From the NCBI RefSeq assembly GCF_001194135.2, contig NC_069000.1, positions 4,756,124 to 4,820,123 of the forward strand: 64,000 bases of DNA. The letters are read 5' to 3'. Below the pieces are notes generated by a model that was given only the letters and a program-made list of their open reading frames with translations, had not been told where the DNA came from and made no database searches. Shown here piece after piece: positions 11,647-25,529 of this stretch (position 1 is the first letter of the stretch; each line of letters starts with the position of its first letter). A program made the translations under genes and the position numbers. The DNA comes from Octopus bimaculoides (lineage: Eukaryota).

Positions 11647-12539
11647 TTGTATATGCTGCTATAAGTTTAAAGTACATTTTGCGGAAGACGCTGAGAGTTT
11701 TATTTCCTCACAAGAACACGATATTATTTTATTGCTGAAAAGCAGAGATATTTTGATATTATAGTTATTGTTTTTCATCGCCTTCGTAAAAAAAATATTT
11801 TCACTTTTCTTTCTATTTTGTTCGTAACATATTGTTGCCTTGTTTCATATACTGCTGCTGTAGCTACGACGCGTTATTCTTATTGGTTCATTCTGACAAC
11901 ATTGATGACATTTTGTAGCACAGGAAGGAAGATATTAGCAGTATTAGTTTGCAGTCAGTGATATATAAAATGTATTTTGCAGTTTGTAAGGGTGACTACT
12001 TCAAATACGTTTCGGTTTTCATAGTTGAATCATCAACAAAGCACAGCCGAAATTACTTTCGGAAATCGAGTCCATGTTTGTCGATGCGTTTCTTCTACTC
12101 TTCTCGCTTTACGTTCCATCATGCGTGGATATCGATTCCAACTCGAGAGCAATGAATGTATTTCATTGTAGTTATCGTGGTTACAGCTTTGTTCGAGATG
12201 CACGTTTTGACAACCCCAGCTCGTGTGCAGGTCATTTTTATGAAACAGCTCATGTGGTTGGTCGTTGACTCAAAATGAGCTCATCCGACCTTTGACAGTA
12301 TCACTACTACCGTCCTCACTTGGAAATCCAAATAGGGGAACCCGTTTAGTCGCCGACAACTCAACCATTTCCGCCTCCTTTGTTCTTTTCAATGAATTGT
12401 ACTCGCAGCGAAATGTATATTTAGACAAGATCTGTGGCGCCCGATCTAGAGAATAAACATTCAATGGTGTTCCGGAGAGTCACTAAGCTGAATAAAAATC
12501 CGCAGTATTCTTCTATTTTTTTTCGTTCACTTGTTTCAG

Positions 12540-12633
12540 GCACGTGGCTGCAGCAATTCAGGAGTACTGCCTTAAAAGGTTTTGGTCGAAGCCTTGTACT
12601 TATACTATCGGGTTCTTTTCCCTAACCGCTAAG
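12540..12633 (+). other. Candidate 94-nt plus-strand exon
   Basis: TTCTATTTTTTTTCGTTCACTTGTTTCAG|G acceptor and AAG|GTAAAC donor; one open frame (HVAAAIQEYCLKRFWSKPCTYTIGFFSLTAK), family not recognised. Its strand conflicts with the other exon candidates. Confidence 0.2.
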
Positions 12634-13585
12634 GTAAACACACCAACACAGGTTGTCAGGCGGTAATGAAGTGGGAGTCGGACAAACGCAGACACACACA
12701 CACACACGCACGCACTTAGATATATACATACAGAAAGAATTTGCTACTATTTTTTTTAATCGAGTCTCCATATGTAGTTTATTTTCGTCGTGTCGTCTGA
12801 GCGAAATAAACATCATCTCTGTCAACATTTTATTCACCGGTAAATTAAGGCCATCACTTCTCTATACCTTCCGTTTCATAAAACCAGCCGATGAGACGTT
12901 GTGATGTCAATTCGATCGATTTTATAAGTCTGGAATAATATAAAATGTAAAACATCCCATAATTAAAAATGATATTCGAAATCAAAAACAAAAAATGTCA
13001 AAAAACAATGAACAATCAATTTTTATTTTATTATTTACCGATATTCGTTTTGTGATTGAATTTTAATTGGCGGTGTATTTCTTATGTTTATTGGATAACT
13101 TAAAAACACCAAAATAAATGAAATGCAAAAAAAAAAAAGAAAAAAAGAATAGATTAAAAAATACAGGAAACGAAACGACAGAAAGCAAAATTATTTTGTA
13201 AATTTCAAATTTTCAACTGAAAAATAGTGTAAAAAAGAACACCTAAATATCCACACATACAAAAGTAAAAAATATAAATAAATAAACATGAAGAATGAAG
13301 AATTATTTTCAATAAAAGAATTTACCATCTTCTGTCTGCATGAATTTTATTTATTTATTTATGTATTTCCCAGTGTGAATATTTTTCTACGACTTAGAAG
13401 TATTCTTAGTTAATCTTACTCATTCTCTCTTTTGCTTACTCGTATATTCTGCTACTGATATTTAATAAACGTTACGCGTTTATATACTTATACATACATA
13501 TATACATATATATGCATATATAGGTAGATCTATAAATGCATTTATATATGTATATATGTACATAGTTTTACATACATACATGCAT

Positions 13586-13644
<59 letters not shown>

Positions 13645-13999
13645 NNNNNNNNNNNNNNNNNNNNNNNNNNNNNNNNNNNNNNNNNNNNNNNNNNNNNNNN
13701 NNNNNNNNNNNNNNNNNNNNNNNNNNNNNNNNNNNNNNNNNNNNNNNNNNNNNNNNNNNNNNTATATATATATATATATTTATATGTGTTTATGTCTATG
13801 TATATATATGTAAAATGTTCGGTTTTTTGGTGAGAAACTTTTCACTTTTCCAATATATTGATATTTCTCTCTACTACAACAAAAATTTTAAAAAATACCT
13901 TTTTGCTGGTGTTGTTGTTGTATAATTGTTTTCCAAACAGAGTTTTGTATTCGTATTTAATTTTTGTTTACCAATTATCTTTTTCTTAACTTTCCTCTT

Positions 14000-14011
14000 T
14001 ATTATTATTAC

Positions 14012-14050
<39 letters not shown>

Positions 14051-14060
14051 CATTATTATT

Positions 14061-14100
<40 letters not shown>

Positions 14101-14120
14101 TTATTATTATTATTACTATT
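14000..14120. repeat. (ATT)n(GTT)n(ATT)n compound microsatellite
   Basis: Directly visible. Confidence 0.95.
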
Positions 14121-14406
14121 GAGGGGTTGAGATGGTAGAATCGCTGGCAAGCCGGGGGTAATGCTTATCTGTTCGTTTTCCCAATGCATTAAGTAGGCGA
14201 TCTGGCAGAGTCGTTAGCGAGCCGGGCAAAATGCTTAGCGGTATTTCACCCGTCATTACGTTCTGAGGTTCAATTTCCTTCAACGTCGACTTTGCTTTCA
14301 TCCTTTCGGGTTCGATGAATTAAGTACCAGTGAAACACAGCGGTCGCTATAATCGACTGGTCCCCTCCCCCAAAATTACAGATCTTGTGCCTTTAGTAGA
14401 AAGGAT
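14121..14406 (+). mobile_element. SINE family A preceded by a second, truncated family A head
   Basis: Head 1 at 14121-14170 (GAGATGGTAGAATCGCTGGCAAGCCGGG..AATGCTTA); complete copy 14192-14406 with the central and tail modules. Confidence 0.88.
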
Positions 14407-15407
14407 ATACACTAAACTGTTATGTTTCCCGCAGACAGCGTCCTATTGTTACCTCTTTCAGTGTCTTAGAAATGCCCTGAGATGAAATCATATTCCAAAT
14501 GTCACGAGACTGAACCAAGGGACCCTATCGAAGCCATCTTTCTGGACTTTGATGCCCCTAAACAGTAATACCGGACTTCAAATGATAAGTGGTTGCATAT
14601 GTACCGCACATCTTTTTCGTGTGTAAGAGAACATGTTTCTTTTGATAAAGAATCCATCTGTTCTCTGTTTTACTATACATCAATCCAAATCATATGTATC
14701 ATGCGGAAGCAGGAAAAGAGATATGGGAGTGCCTTGGCTGATGAAGTATAAACGTATTGGATCTCTCATATACACAGAGACTCCTGGAGAGCTCATCCTT
14801 TTAACTACCTTGTCATCCCATGCCAACTTGATTTCAAGAATTCTATCAAATGAAGGTAATCGCGTGTGAAAGACATATGGCTGTCAACTGTGTTTCTAAT
14901 ATATATATAGATTAAAATCCCCTATCGTTTTCCTTTGGCAAAGCAGTGTATGATGCTTACTGTTCCTCTCTCTATCTTTCGCAGGCTGGTTCGTATTAAA
15001 AAAGAATATTCGGTTGTATAAAGATGGGGCTGAAAGAAATGTGGACGAGGAATTTTCCCTCTTTAACTAAAACTCTACAGAATGTGTAAGAGATACCAAG
15101 AATTACATAACAATAAAGCATTTTCGAAAAATAAGAATAAAAACAAAAGTAAACAAAATGCCAGTTTGAATAATATGAAAGTGCTGAGACTAAGAAAAGA
15201 AAAAAGAAAAAAAAGTTGTAGAAATAAAATTGCTTCCAGGAATCGATATATTATCAAAGACTACTTGTGAAGACGAAGAAGAATTAAAAACAAGAAACGT
15301 TAGTTACGTAAAGGAATTGAACAGTCTAAATATAAAAGAAACGAAATCTACAGGGATCGGTCACAACAGACTTCAAATATGTCCACGTATAGAGAGAGAG
15401 CCTCCTT

Positions 15408-15448
<41 letters not shown>

Positions 15449-15630
15449 NNNNNNNNNNNNNNNNNNNNNNNNNNNNNNNNNNNNNNNNNNNNNNNNNNNN
15501 NNNNNNNNNNNNNNNNNNNNNNNNNNNNNNNNNNNNNNNNNNNNNNNNNNNNNNNNNNNNNNNNNNNNNNNNNNNNNNNNNNNNNNNNNNNNNNNNNNNN
15601 NNNNNNNNNNNNNNNNNNNNNNNNNNNNNN

Positions 15631-15677
<47 letters not shown>

Positions 15678-15794
15678 GTATGTATGTATGTATGTATATA
15701 TATACTTATGTGCATATGTATGTATGTGTGTGTGTTTGTATGTATATATATAAGGAGAAACAGGAGACCGCGAGAAAGAAGAGACGCATACAAT

Positions 15795-15813
15795 TCTACT
15801 GCTGCTGCTGCTG

Positions 15814-15884
<71 letters not shown>

Positions 15885-15885
15885 A
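15795..15885. repeat. (CTG)n(CTA)n(CTG)n compound microsatellite
   Basis: Directly visible. Confidence 0.95.
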
Positions 15886-18653
15886 GAAACACAGCGACTG
15901 ACAAAGTTATAAAGATTTACACATCGCTGACAAACATTCTCGGGAGACTAAGTGACCTTAAATTTTGACTAAATCCCAGATTATTCCTTTCCTTCGTTTC
16001 TTTCCTTCTCTTTTATTGATGAAGAATGAAAGAGTGACACCATCGAATACTAGTTTAAGATTAACCAATCATTCATTTACTGCGTCTCTGCCCACGAATT
16101 TGGCGACGGAATATCCATCTGTATATGTGTAGAACCAACATCACAATGGACTACGTTCTAAGCACAACGTTTCCTTAACTCTTCTTTCTTTCGTTATTTA
16201 GATCATACTTATATGATATAAGGTTAAATTCTTGCTATTGAATGGGCCAGTTCTGCCATGCAGTGTCACACGGTGTCATGCTGTCAATAATTCTATCGGA
16301 TTCTATCTATGACTCTGGTGCAAATGATCGTAGAACACACAGCTGTTCAAAATTCTATCTTTAAACTTCTCTGTATTCAAATCTGAAATCTATTAAGAAA
16401 TGTAAGGTCTTCTTTAACCTGATGACGGAGGCTCGTCTCACCCACTGCTATTTAATTACATCCATACGGGGCGCATAGTGTGATGAAATAAATTTACCAA
16501 ACATTATTATGGATCACTGAGCCCCCAGAAACAGCCGTTGGACTTATAGCACTTTTCTACCACCAATTTTATTTTCTCTGTCGTGTGTACTCTGAGTAAG
16601 TTGGACCTATTAATACAAATATCTATATATTTCTACATGAAAATTCATCAGTTGAAGAGTCCCACCGTTTGCTTCCTCTCGTTTTCCATGTATACAAATA
16701 ATTATACCAAAACGTATTTGTAGTCACTATTGCACGTAACAACGATCCATTTAAATTCTGGTTTCCTGCGTCACTGTCATTTAATCTTTTAGCCACTTGA
16801 ATTTTGGATATTTCTTACTTTTCTTAACTATAATTTTCATAAATGTAATTATTTTTTCTCTTCCGGGTGTAATTTTAGCTTATTAATCGATATGTATTGA
16901 TTCGTATATTTTCTTGAACAGAAAGCTCATTACGTAGTTGTCCTTTCTATGTTAAGGATATTCTTTCGGTAGAAGAGAATATTTAGATGAGTATTGTTCA
17001 TTTGGCAACCCCGTTGTGGCTTCTATATTGACACATTCAGATGAGTGGTTATGGAATTGTTGTTGTCAGTGTGTGCAAGAGTGTGTGTGCGCGTGTGTGT
17101 ATGAGTGTGTGCATGTGCATGTGTGTTTATGTGGGAGTGGGTTAGCGGAAGATGGTATGACAGCGAACGTTAGAAAGGAAAATCATTGAGGACGTGAGAA
17201 ATTCAATTTTTATGTAATTTTCGTAAATATCAACATCGTCATCATTATTACAATTATTATTGTCATTATTATGTTCTCTTAGTATCATTGTCATAGATTG
17301 TTATCCCCACCTTCGTATTTTCTGCTTTTATCCGGTTCTTTGAAAAGTATGACAAAAACTCTCTGCTTCCATTTTCGTTCGTTCATCGACCAGCAACAAT
17401 CAAACGCCGACATAACCACCGTCATCTCCAACACCAATAACATCTCCATCATCATTAAAAAAAAAGCCTAGTTTCGCCTCCGTACCCCCTTTTCCATCAT
17501 CCATCTACCATCTTCGTAATATTTAACTTTTTCAATTGACAATTATCAATGAAATTCAATTAATATTTCTTTTCTTACAATGTAATAGTTTCATTAAGCA
17601 TTAATTTTCAGTCAAGTCTTCGCCACTTTTCATTTCAATAATTTTCGTTGAAATCATTGACCTCGAGCGAAAGGGATCCTCTTGAATAAGAATGGCTAAT
17701 TGAAATTGCGAAAGAATTTCATGGAAAAGCGGAAAAATTATTATTGTTGAGGAGCTGTTAGGAAAACGAGCGAAAATATTAATGAGACAACAAAGAAAGA
17801 ATTATGTATTTTTTGAATTGAACAGAAATGTTTACGCACGACAAATAAGGCTATGGAATTATATTTTCTCCATTAGCTTCTGTATATGTTTCATGTTTTT
17901 TTTTTAATATATATTTCTGTATTGGTGTCTCTCACTTGTAAACATCCATCTGTCGTCTGCGTATGTGTGGTGTGTGTATGAATATTTGTGTTTGAGAGAG
18001 AGAGGGGGGAGGAGAGAGACTATGTGTGTGTAGATGTGATCAATTGCTCTTGTAGTATTCGTTATTTCATTATCGGCGTTCGAACATAAATAACTCAGCG
18101 AATTTCAAAAGACAAAACAATGTGACGTACTTTCACAAGAGACAGGACAGACGTAAACAAAAACTAAATGAAAAAAATGATAGAAATGGATTAGAAATGA
18201 AAGGGCCTGTTATTGTAAAGGGTCAGGTTTAATAAAATAATAAATGACATGAAATGCAGTATTATATAGCAGAGAATAGATTGAAAAAATAGTTGTTAAT
18301 CGAAATATTAAAAAAATATATATTACGCTTCTAATAGGCATTAGTTAGACATATTAAGGAAATTGAAAGAATGAAAGAAAGAGAGATAAACGTATGTAAA
18401 AATACAGAAACACACAAACACACATATAGATATTCATAGACAGAGGTTGAGTGAAAGAGCGAGGGAGAGAAAGAGAGAGAGAGAGAGAACCAGAGAGATT
18501 AATGATAAGATGAAGCATAGAAAACGAATTGAAAACAAGTTGCTTCGTGCTTTGGAAAACCGGCTTCTTTTGCTATTTCACAAAAAGGAAGCTAAAGTGA
18601 TTTTAGAAAATTGCTATTTTTAAATCTCACAACGAGAGATATTCAACAACAGT

Positions 18654-18928
18654 ACTTTGTAGTAAAGATTGTTTGCCAACATAACATGGCAGTCCTGGTT
18701 TAGGACGAATGTTGCTGTAATTTAGCCCCAGCAGACATTCGTCTTCAGCTGGCTATACGACACGATCTGTGTTTTTACATTTTCGAACACGGGAATCTAG
18801 CACCCCCACGCAGCTTGTTCGAAAATATAAAGACACAGAGACGATGTCTCCTGGGGATAAATTACAGCAATATTCGTCCTAAACCAGGACTCCCATTTTA
18901 TGTTGGCAAACAATCCTTACTATGAAGT
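18654..18928. mobile_element. Palindromic MITE-like element 1 (~275 bp)
   Basis: Outer arms 18654-18744 and 18839-18928 are reverse complements with roughly 8-9 differences. Inner arms 18767-18789 and 18816-18838; 26-nt loop. No TSD resolved. Confidence 0.85.
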
Positions 18929-19197
18929 CGTTTGCTTTTGATTATGCAGTGTACAAAGGAAAGGACTTGATGACAGAAAACAAATGTGTATATTCTCTCC
19001 CTGCCTGAGGTTACCGCGGTCTTTTCTTTCCACGGATAAACCTTGCTGTTTACAATCTAAAAATTCTTCTGTGATACACGATCCCTTTTGATCGTCTTTT
19101 TTCTTTTCCCGACCCATTTTGATCGGAATTTTACCTTTTCTTTTTCTCATTTTTTTCCCTTTTTCTTTTCCATTTTCGAAAAGAAAAGTTCTACATT

Positions 19198-19244
19198 TGT
19201 ATTTGTCCCCTCTGTGTTCAGCCCTGTGTGGCCAATAAAGAAAG

Positions 19245-19300
<56 letters not shown>
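19198..19300 (+). mobile_element. SINE 3' tail (family A variant) running into (TATC)n
   Basis: TTTGTCCCCTCTGTGTTCAGCCCTGTGTGGCCAATAAAGAAA matches 24970-25019. Confidence 0.7.
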
Positions 19301-19302
<2 letters not shown>

Positions 19303-19312
19303 GCGTGTGTGC

Positions 19313-19354
<42 letters not shown>

Positions 19355-19867
19355 GCATATAAAAATATATATATATGTGTGTGCGTGAGTGTGTGTGAGT
19401 GTGTGCGTATGTGTGTCTATAAAGCACATCTATACATTTATATATATATATATATACACAAATATCTATAATTTCCACAAGTATCTATTATATATTCCCA
19501 GTGAATTATCGTTTAGTATGTTGATTTCCTGAGAGGATGGAACGTATTCAGAAAGTATTTAGCTCTTTTCTCCTTCAAATGAAGACGAAGAATCAAAAGA
19601 AATAAGAAAAACAGAATGCAGTGAAACAGCAGAAAGAAGTGAAGCCATTGTTTCTTCCATGAATAATAGCTATGGTGTGACGCTGTCGTCTGCTCGCTAG
19701 AGATTGATGGAAATTTCTTTTATATAAATAATGAAATTCTGGCGATGGAATACATACATATATATTCTATATCTCTCCTTTATACATATACGCACGCACG
19801 CACGCACGCATGCCCCCCCCCCAGAAACATACAAGCACTAACACACACGCATATTCACACACACGTG

Positions 19868-19913
<46 letters not shown>

Positions 19914-20269
19914 CATATATATCATTAATTTTGTATGTAAACATATAGATTTATGTATGCATATACCTGTATGCATAAACATATACATTAACAGACACAC
20001 AGACACACATATATGTATATATATATATAAATTTATATATATCTATCTATACATACATGTACATGCATGAATATGTATATAAACATATATTTGTATATCT
20101 GTATGTATATATTTTGTTATGTATGTATATCTATATTTATATGTTTATATAAATACACACACACGCGCATATATCTATAAATACGCGCGCGCGTGTAGGG
20201 AGAACATTTTCGAAGGTATAAGCATATAATTACAAGAGGGCCAGGCTTCTCATCCGGACCAAAGCACTT

Positions 20270-20388
20270 CCAACGAACGAGCGAACCAACCAACCAAACG
20301 ACCAACCAGCCGACAAACCGACCGACTGACCGACCGACCGACCGACCGACCGACCAACCGACCGACGAAATCAATCAGCCGACCAACG
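20270..20388. repeat. Compound (ACGA)/(ACCA)/(ACCG)n tetranucleotide microsatellite
   Basis: Directly visible. Confidence 0.9.
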
Positions 20389-21564
20389 AGTCTCCTACTC
20401 ACCGAAACAAATTTGATATCAAGTGATGAATACAGCGATAGAGATACAGCAAGGTTAGATTAATTAGAAGCTTGGGAGACAAGATATTGTGCATGGTTTC
20501 TCTATAATTGTAATAATGGGATAAGTGGTCGGGAATTAGATGTATTCCGTCAATATTTATTTCGTCATTGTTTTTCGTTTGGAAAGCTTTACAAAGCGGA
20601 AAGATAAAGCTTGCGTGAATAAAGCAGAATATAAAATGAATGCATTAATAGCAACAGCAACAACAACAACAAAACTAAACTTTAGCAGCACCATGACCAA
20701 AAGCAGCAGCGTCAAAAACAACAACAATGACAACAACAACAACAACAACAGCCATAGCAGCAGCAGCAACAACTGCAACAGCAGTAGCAGCAACACCGAC
20801 GCCATTACTGCCACCACTAATAGCAATGAGACTAACTTGAAATATTTTAGGAAAGAAAGATGCTAACCTCAGATGTAAAATAAATAGATATAAAATAAGT
20901 GTGAAGTGGAATGTTTAGAATAAAATATGGCGTAAATGGAATAACAGCAACGTATGTGTGTGTGTATATACAAATATATGTACAAGGAGACTTTCATGTT
21001 TCGTCAAGACTGTTTACTGACAGAATACAGCGCCCATGCATCTACCTACCTTCCTACCTACCTCCAAACATACATACATACATACATACATACATACATA
21101 CATACATACAAGTATGGAATCAGCTGCCAAGAGGATGTTGACATGAATCTAAAGATCAGTGGAAAAGTGAACATCAATTGCATTTATATATATNNNNNNN
21201 NNNNNNNNNNNNNNNNNNNNNNNNNNNNNNNNNNNNNNNNNNNNNNNNNNNNNNNNNNNNNNNNNNNNNNNNNNNNNNNNNNNNNNNNNNNNNNNNNNNN
21301 NNNNNNNNNNNNNNNNNNNNNNNNNNNNNNNNNNNNNNNNNNNNNNNNNNNNNNNNNNNNNNNNNNNNNNNNNNNNNNNNNNNNNNNNNNNNNNNNNNNN
21401 NNNNNNNNNNNNNNNNNNNNNNNNNNNTATATATATATATATTTATATATATATGCAATTAGATTTAGCGGAATGTTATCACTCGAATATTTCCTTAAAC
21501 ACGGATGTTACTTTCGTTCCCTCAATGTACCCACACATGCATTTCAAAGAGTTTCCCAGACACG

Positions 21565-21708
21565 CTTAGCGGCATATTTCCTCCGTTTTCACCTTTTGAT
21601 TCTTGCCTTTCATTCTTCCAGACTCGTTAAAATAAGGTCCACGTATTCGACTTACCCTCTCCCTCTACAAAAATATAGGGCTCTTGTACCAAAATTTGAA
21701 AGCAATAT
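21565..21708 (+). mobile_element. SINE family A, highly decayed
   Basis: GCTTAGCGGCATATTTC..TTGCCTTTCATTCTT..AAAATAAG..TCGACTTACCCTCT..GGCTCTTGTACCAAAATTTGAAAGCAATATT. Confidence 0.65.
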
Positions 21709-22454
21709 TTTTGATTCTTATTACCATTTGAGTTCGTTACTTGCGGCCGCTGCACCTACTGTCCCTGATACCAATCTTGTTTCTAATTTTGCTTATTCGT
21801 TTTATATTTAATATATTCGTGTGTTCCTGTATGGAGACGTTAATATCGTGTTACAAACATTATATTGACAACTAATCAACGGCATTGTATATCTCCATTA
21901 TATTTAATTATTTTATTCACCTATCATATAACTTAATTATATTGTTGACTCTATTTTCATTGATAAACATCCATTTTACTCTAACAATGTGCGATAAAAC
22001 AAACTGGAATTTAAAAGTAAAAATAACGCCAAACACCATTGTTTGTTTCTAAACTGCAGCCGGAATAATTTTCAATAGAATTTGTCGTGTCATGGAATCT
22101 TGTGAATCCAATGTTTTTGGATATTTAGCGAAATATTGTAAAGATTTACGTAAGAGAACAAAATATATCTCAAACATTAATACAAAATATTATTTTTTTT
22201 TTAATAGAATTTTTATTTTTCGAAATTTCTTCATTCTCTTTGATGTTACGTAATTTAAAGCTGTTGGCATTTTCACTTGCTTTGAAGAATTAACTGGCTG
22301 TCTGTGTAACTTTTATAAAGATGTATATAAATGAAGATATATTTTATTATAAAATATTTAGATGTGCTCTGTTCTTTGTTGTGAAAGTTTTTACCATGTT
22401 TTGTTAATGGCGACTTCATATTCGATTTTCATCTTTGAATTTTAGAACTTCGCC

Positions 22455-22590
22455 TTCTTTCTTTCCTTCTTTCTTTCCTTCTTTCTTTATTTCTTTCTTT
22501 CTTTCTTTCCTTCTTTCTTTCTTTCTTTCCTTCTTTCTTTCTTTCTTTCTTTCTTTCTATATCTTTTTCTTTCTTTCTTTCTTTCTTTGT
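22455..22590. repeat. (CTTT)n/(TTCC) polypyrimidine tract
   Basis: Directly visible. Confidence 0.95.
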
Positions 22591-22774
22591 TGTTTCAATG
22601 AAATCCAACATCTGGTCGCGAATGGACAGAGATCGACCAGCTGCTTTATATTGTTTTTTACGATGTCTCATAGTGTCAATCAGTCCGTATTGTATCAGCC
22701 ATATTTCGCTGATTCAGTTCACTTGACTGTAAATAGGCTTCATGGATTATTAAAGCAAACATCATCCAATTCGT

Positions 22775-23142
22775 GAATTCCACCGAGGACGACGTTGCAT
22801 TTCATCTTTTCGAGGCCCTTAAAATAAGCTGAGTGCTGGAGTTAATTTAGTCAAGTTTCCTCCTCTCCTCAAAATTGCTATCCTTGTCCCAAACATTTGG
22901 AACCAATATTATAAGGGATTAAGGCGGCACGTTGCCAGAATCCTAAGTACGCTGGGTAAGATGCCTTGGGGCCTTCGACTGTCCCTACGTTCTCAGATCG
23001 AATTCCGCCAATGTAGACTTGGCCATTCGTTATTTCGAGGTTCATAAGAATAAGTACCAGTTGATCGGTGAGATCGATGTAATTGACTTACACGCCCCCT
23101 CGGAATTGCTGGTTTTGTACCTAAGTTTGAAATTAATATTAT
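22775..23142 (+). mobile_element. Two tandem decayed SINE family A copies (5'-truncated 22775-22912; near full 22921-23142)
   Basis: Both carry AATTCC(A/G)CC.A..GAC.T.GC..TT and the CTTGT(C/A)CC(A/T)AA..TTTG(G/A)AA tail; the second has head AAGGCGGCACGTTGCCAGAATC. Confidence 0.75.
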
Positions 23143-24242
23143 ATGTCGGTGATACACCCCAGTTGTGCCAGGATGTCTAGACACTGTACTTCCTTCCGAC
23201 TGGTGAACATACAACTGCAGGCGCTCTGAGTAACTTGTCAAGTTTTCTGTCTTTTTCCTCTCTACTGCATAATACAGGCCCCAAAACTAATTATATATTA
23301 TACTTACTTCATTCTATTTTACTAGAAGGATATTCTGTTACCCTTTGTTTTAAAGCGGCGTGAGTACAGATTTGATTGCGTGTTGGATAAAATGCTTAGC
23401 AAAATTTCTGCCGTATTTCCACATTCCTCAAAAATCCTTGAGCTCCCAAAGAATGGCCCCGTAACTGGTCGCAGTTTAACGTCTTACCCAAGACAAGGCT
23501 AGAACGATGGTAAACAATGATGGTTGTGATCTAGCGTGGCCATAATTCAATGATTGAAACTAATAAAAGAGTAGAAAGTAGACTAGTTTCCTATATTTCA
23601 ACAAACAGCTTTAACACCATGAAACCCGACCTAAACATTGATGTTTAAAAGCTCCCTTAGGAGCCATTATTAGCAATAAAATAATATTGCTCACATAACA
23701 AATACAATAACAGTTAAAAATCAACAATGGGAATATTATATAAACTAAACATTATAGCCAAATGTAGATGGGTTAATGTTGCCATCATTCTCTAGTGAAT
23801 ATACATTCCATATATTTATGCATGCCGCAAGAAATATCGAATTTAATCATGAAAGACAATTACATGATAACCTACTTTTCTTCTGTATATTCGCAAATGC
23901 TAACCTACATGTTAGGCGCCATTTTTATTTGATTTTTCTCGTTTGATTTTGTTTTTCAATCTGAAATTGTGAGACATTTAGTTTCGGCCACTAAATTTGA
24001 TTTCCTCGCATGAGATTCACCATTTATTACTACAATATCTCTCTATATTCAAAATCAGAATCAAAATAGATATGACATTTCCCAAAGAAATGTAATATGA
24101 ATCGAGGAAACTTGTAAAAATGTCCAATTTTATGTACTTCGATATTTCGTCGCTATGATTTATTATATAGTGGCCTGAGTTATATAAACACGTGTATATA
24201 TGTGTGTGTGTGTGCCTGTGTATATATGTGTATATGTTTATA

Positions 24243-24299
<57 letters not shown>

Positions 24300-24882
24300 N
24301 NNNNNNNNNNNNNNNNNNNNNNNNNNNNNNNNNNNNNNNNNNNNNNNNNNNNNNNNNNNNNNNNNNNNNNNNNNNNNNNNNNNNNNNNNNNNNNNNNNNN
24401 NNNNNNNNNNNNNNNNNNNNNNNNNNNNNNNNNNNNNNNNNNNNNNNNNNNNNNNNNNNNNNNNNNNNNNNNNNNNNNNNNNNNNNNNNNNNNNNNNNNA
24501 TATATGCACTCGGTAGCAGTGACTTAGATGCCGTCGCACATGATAATCACTATAGCTCAAAATTGATTTCCAACGATTACGTAGTGTCTCCAGGCAACAC
24601 TTTATAACCGCCATGTTTATATCCCATCTACATGTTTGTGCTTGTGTGTGAGCTTGCACATGTATCAGGGGTGTGTATATGCATGCATGTATGTGTGAGT
24701 GTTTTGTGTTGGTGCATGTGCAGAACTAAACATGACATCTGAAAATCTTGCTTCAAGAAGCGGAGACAAATGAAGAAACAGGAGATTGTGTTGTCTGCGA
24801 GCGAAATGATGTAAAGTCGCACAAAGCATCGTATATTTCGATGGCGGTTTGTCAATAAAAGTTTGAAATTCGTATTGTATCT

Positions 24883-24923
<41 letters not shown>

Positions 24924-24933
24924 NNNNNNNNNN

Positions 24934-25019
24934 GGGGTCGATGTAATCGACTTAGTCCCTTTGTCTGTCCTTATTTGTCCCCTTTGTGTGTAGCCCCTTG
25001 TGGGTAGTAAAGAAATAAC
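24934..25019 (+). mobile_element. SINE family A-variant 3' half, directly after a gap
   Basis: GGGGTCGATGTAATCGACTTAGTCCCTTTGTCTGTCC..AGCCCCTTGTGGGTAGTAAAGAAATA. Confidence 0.8.
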
Positions 25020-25104
25020 ACACCTGTTATATTTCATATTGTTTATATATTTCGGTGAGCTCATAGCCTTGAAGTACGAAGAGCTTTAATGGAACAAATC
25101 AAAC

Positions 25105-25247
25105 GCCCCTTGTATTTATTTTATAATCTGGACCTTATTTTATCGTTCGTTTTCGTTTTGCCGAACCGCCTGCTTTTCAGGACGTAAATAAACTAATGCT
25201 GGATGTGAAGCCTTGTGAAGTTGGGCGGGGACAAACAGAAACAAAGG
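25105..25247 (-). mobile_element. SINE family B, 3' body fragment
   Basis: TTTTGCCGAACCGC..GGACGTAAATAAAC..GGGGACAAACA is the reverse complement of the family B body at 4985-5070. Confidence 0.7.
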
Positions 25248-25264
25248 TGAACAACTCTATTGTG

Positions 25265-25407
25265 CTTATCTCTCTCGTTGACCCCCCCCCCACCTAAGGA
25301 TGAAAGGCAAAGTCGACCTCGGTGGAATTTGAGACCAGAACGTAATGATGGACGAAATGCCGCTAAGTATTCGACCGGCGTGCTAACGTTTCTGTCAGCT
25401 CACTGAT
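25265..25407 (-). mobile_element. SINE family A, 5' half
   Basis: AAGGATGAAAGGCAAAGTCGACCTCGGTGGAATTTGA..CCGCTAAG..GGCGTGCTAACGTTTCTGTCAGCTCAC. Confidence 0.88.
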
Positions 25408-25529
25408 TAAGAAGAGAATCCAACATTATTTAAGAAAATTGACCTTGTGCTAAAATTTGAAACCATTATAATTCAAGAAAATATTTCCATGTAAGAAGAT
25501 AATGAAATTTCGATTAAGTTCTGTTTCCA

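Noticed and set aside
14520-14740. Possible CR1/L2 reverse transcriptase remnant (AIFLDF ... GVP about 180 nt apart)
   Set aside because: Only two short motif echoes and the intervening sequence does not fit; it needs blastx. The same applies to weak echoes on the minus strand at 16330-16530.
21645-21660. Strong minus-strand donor AGG|GTAAGT
   Set aside because: It lies inside a decayed family A SINE tail and has no matching acceptor.
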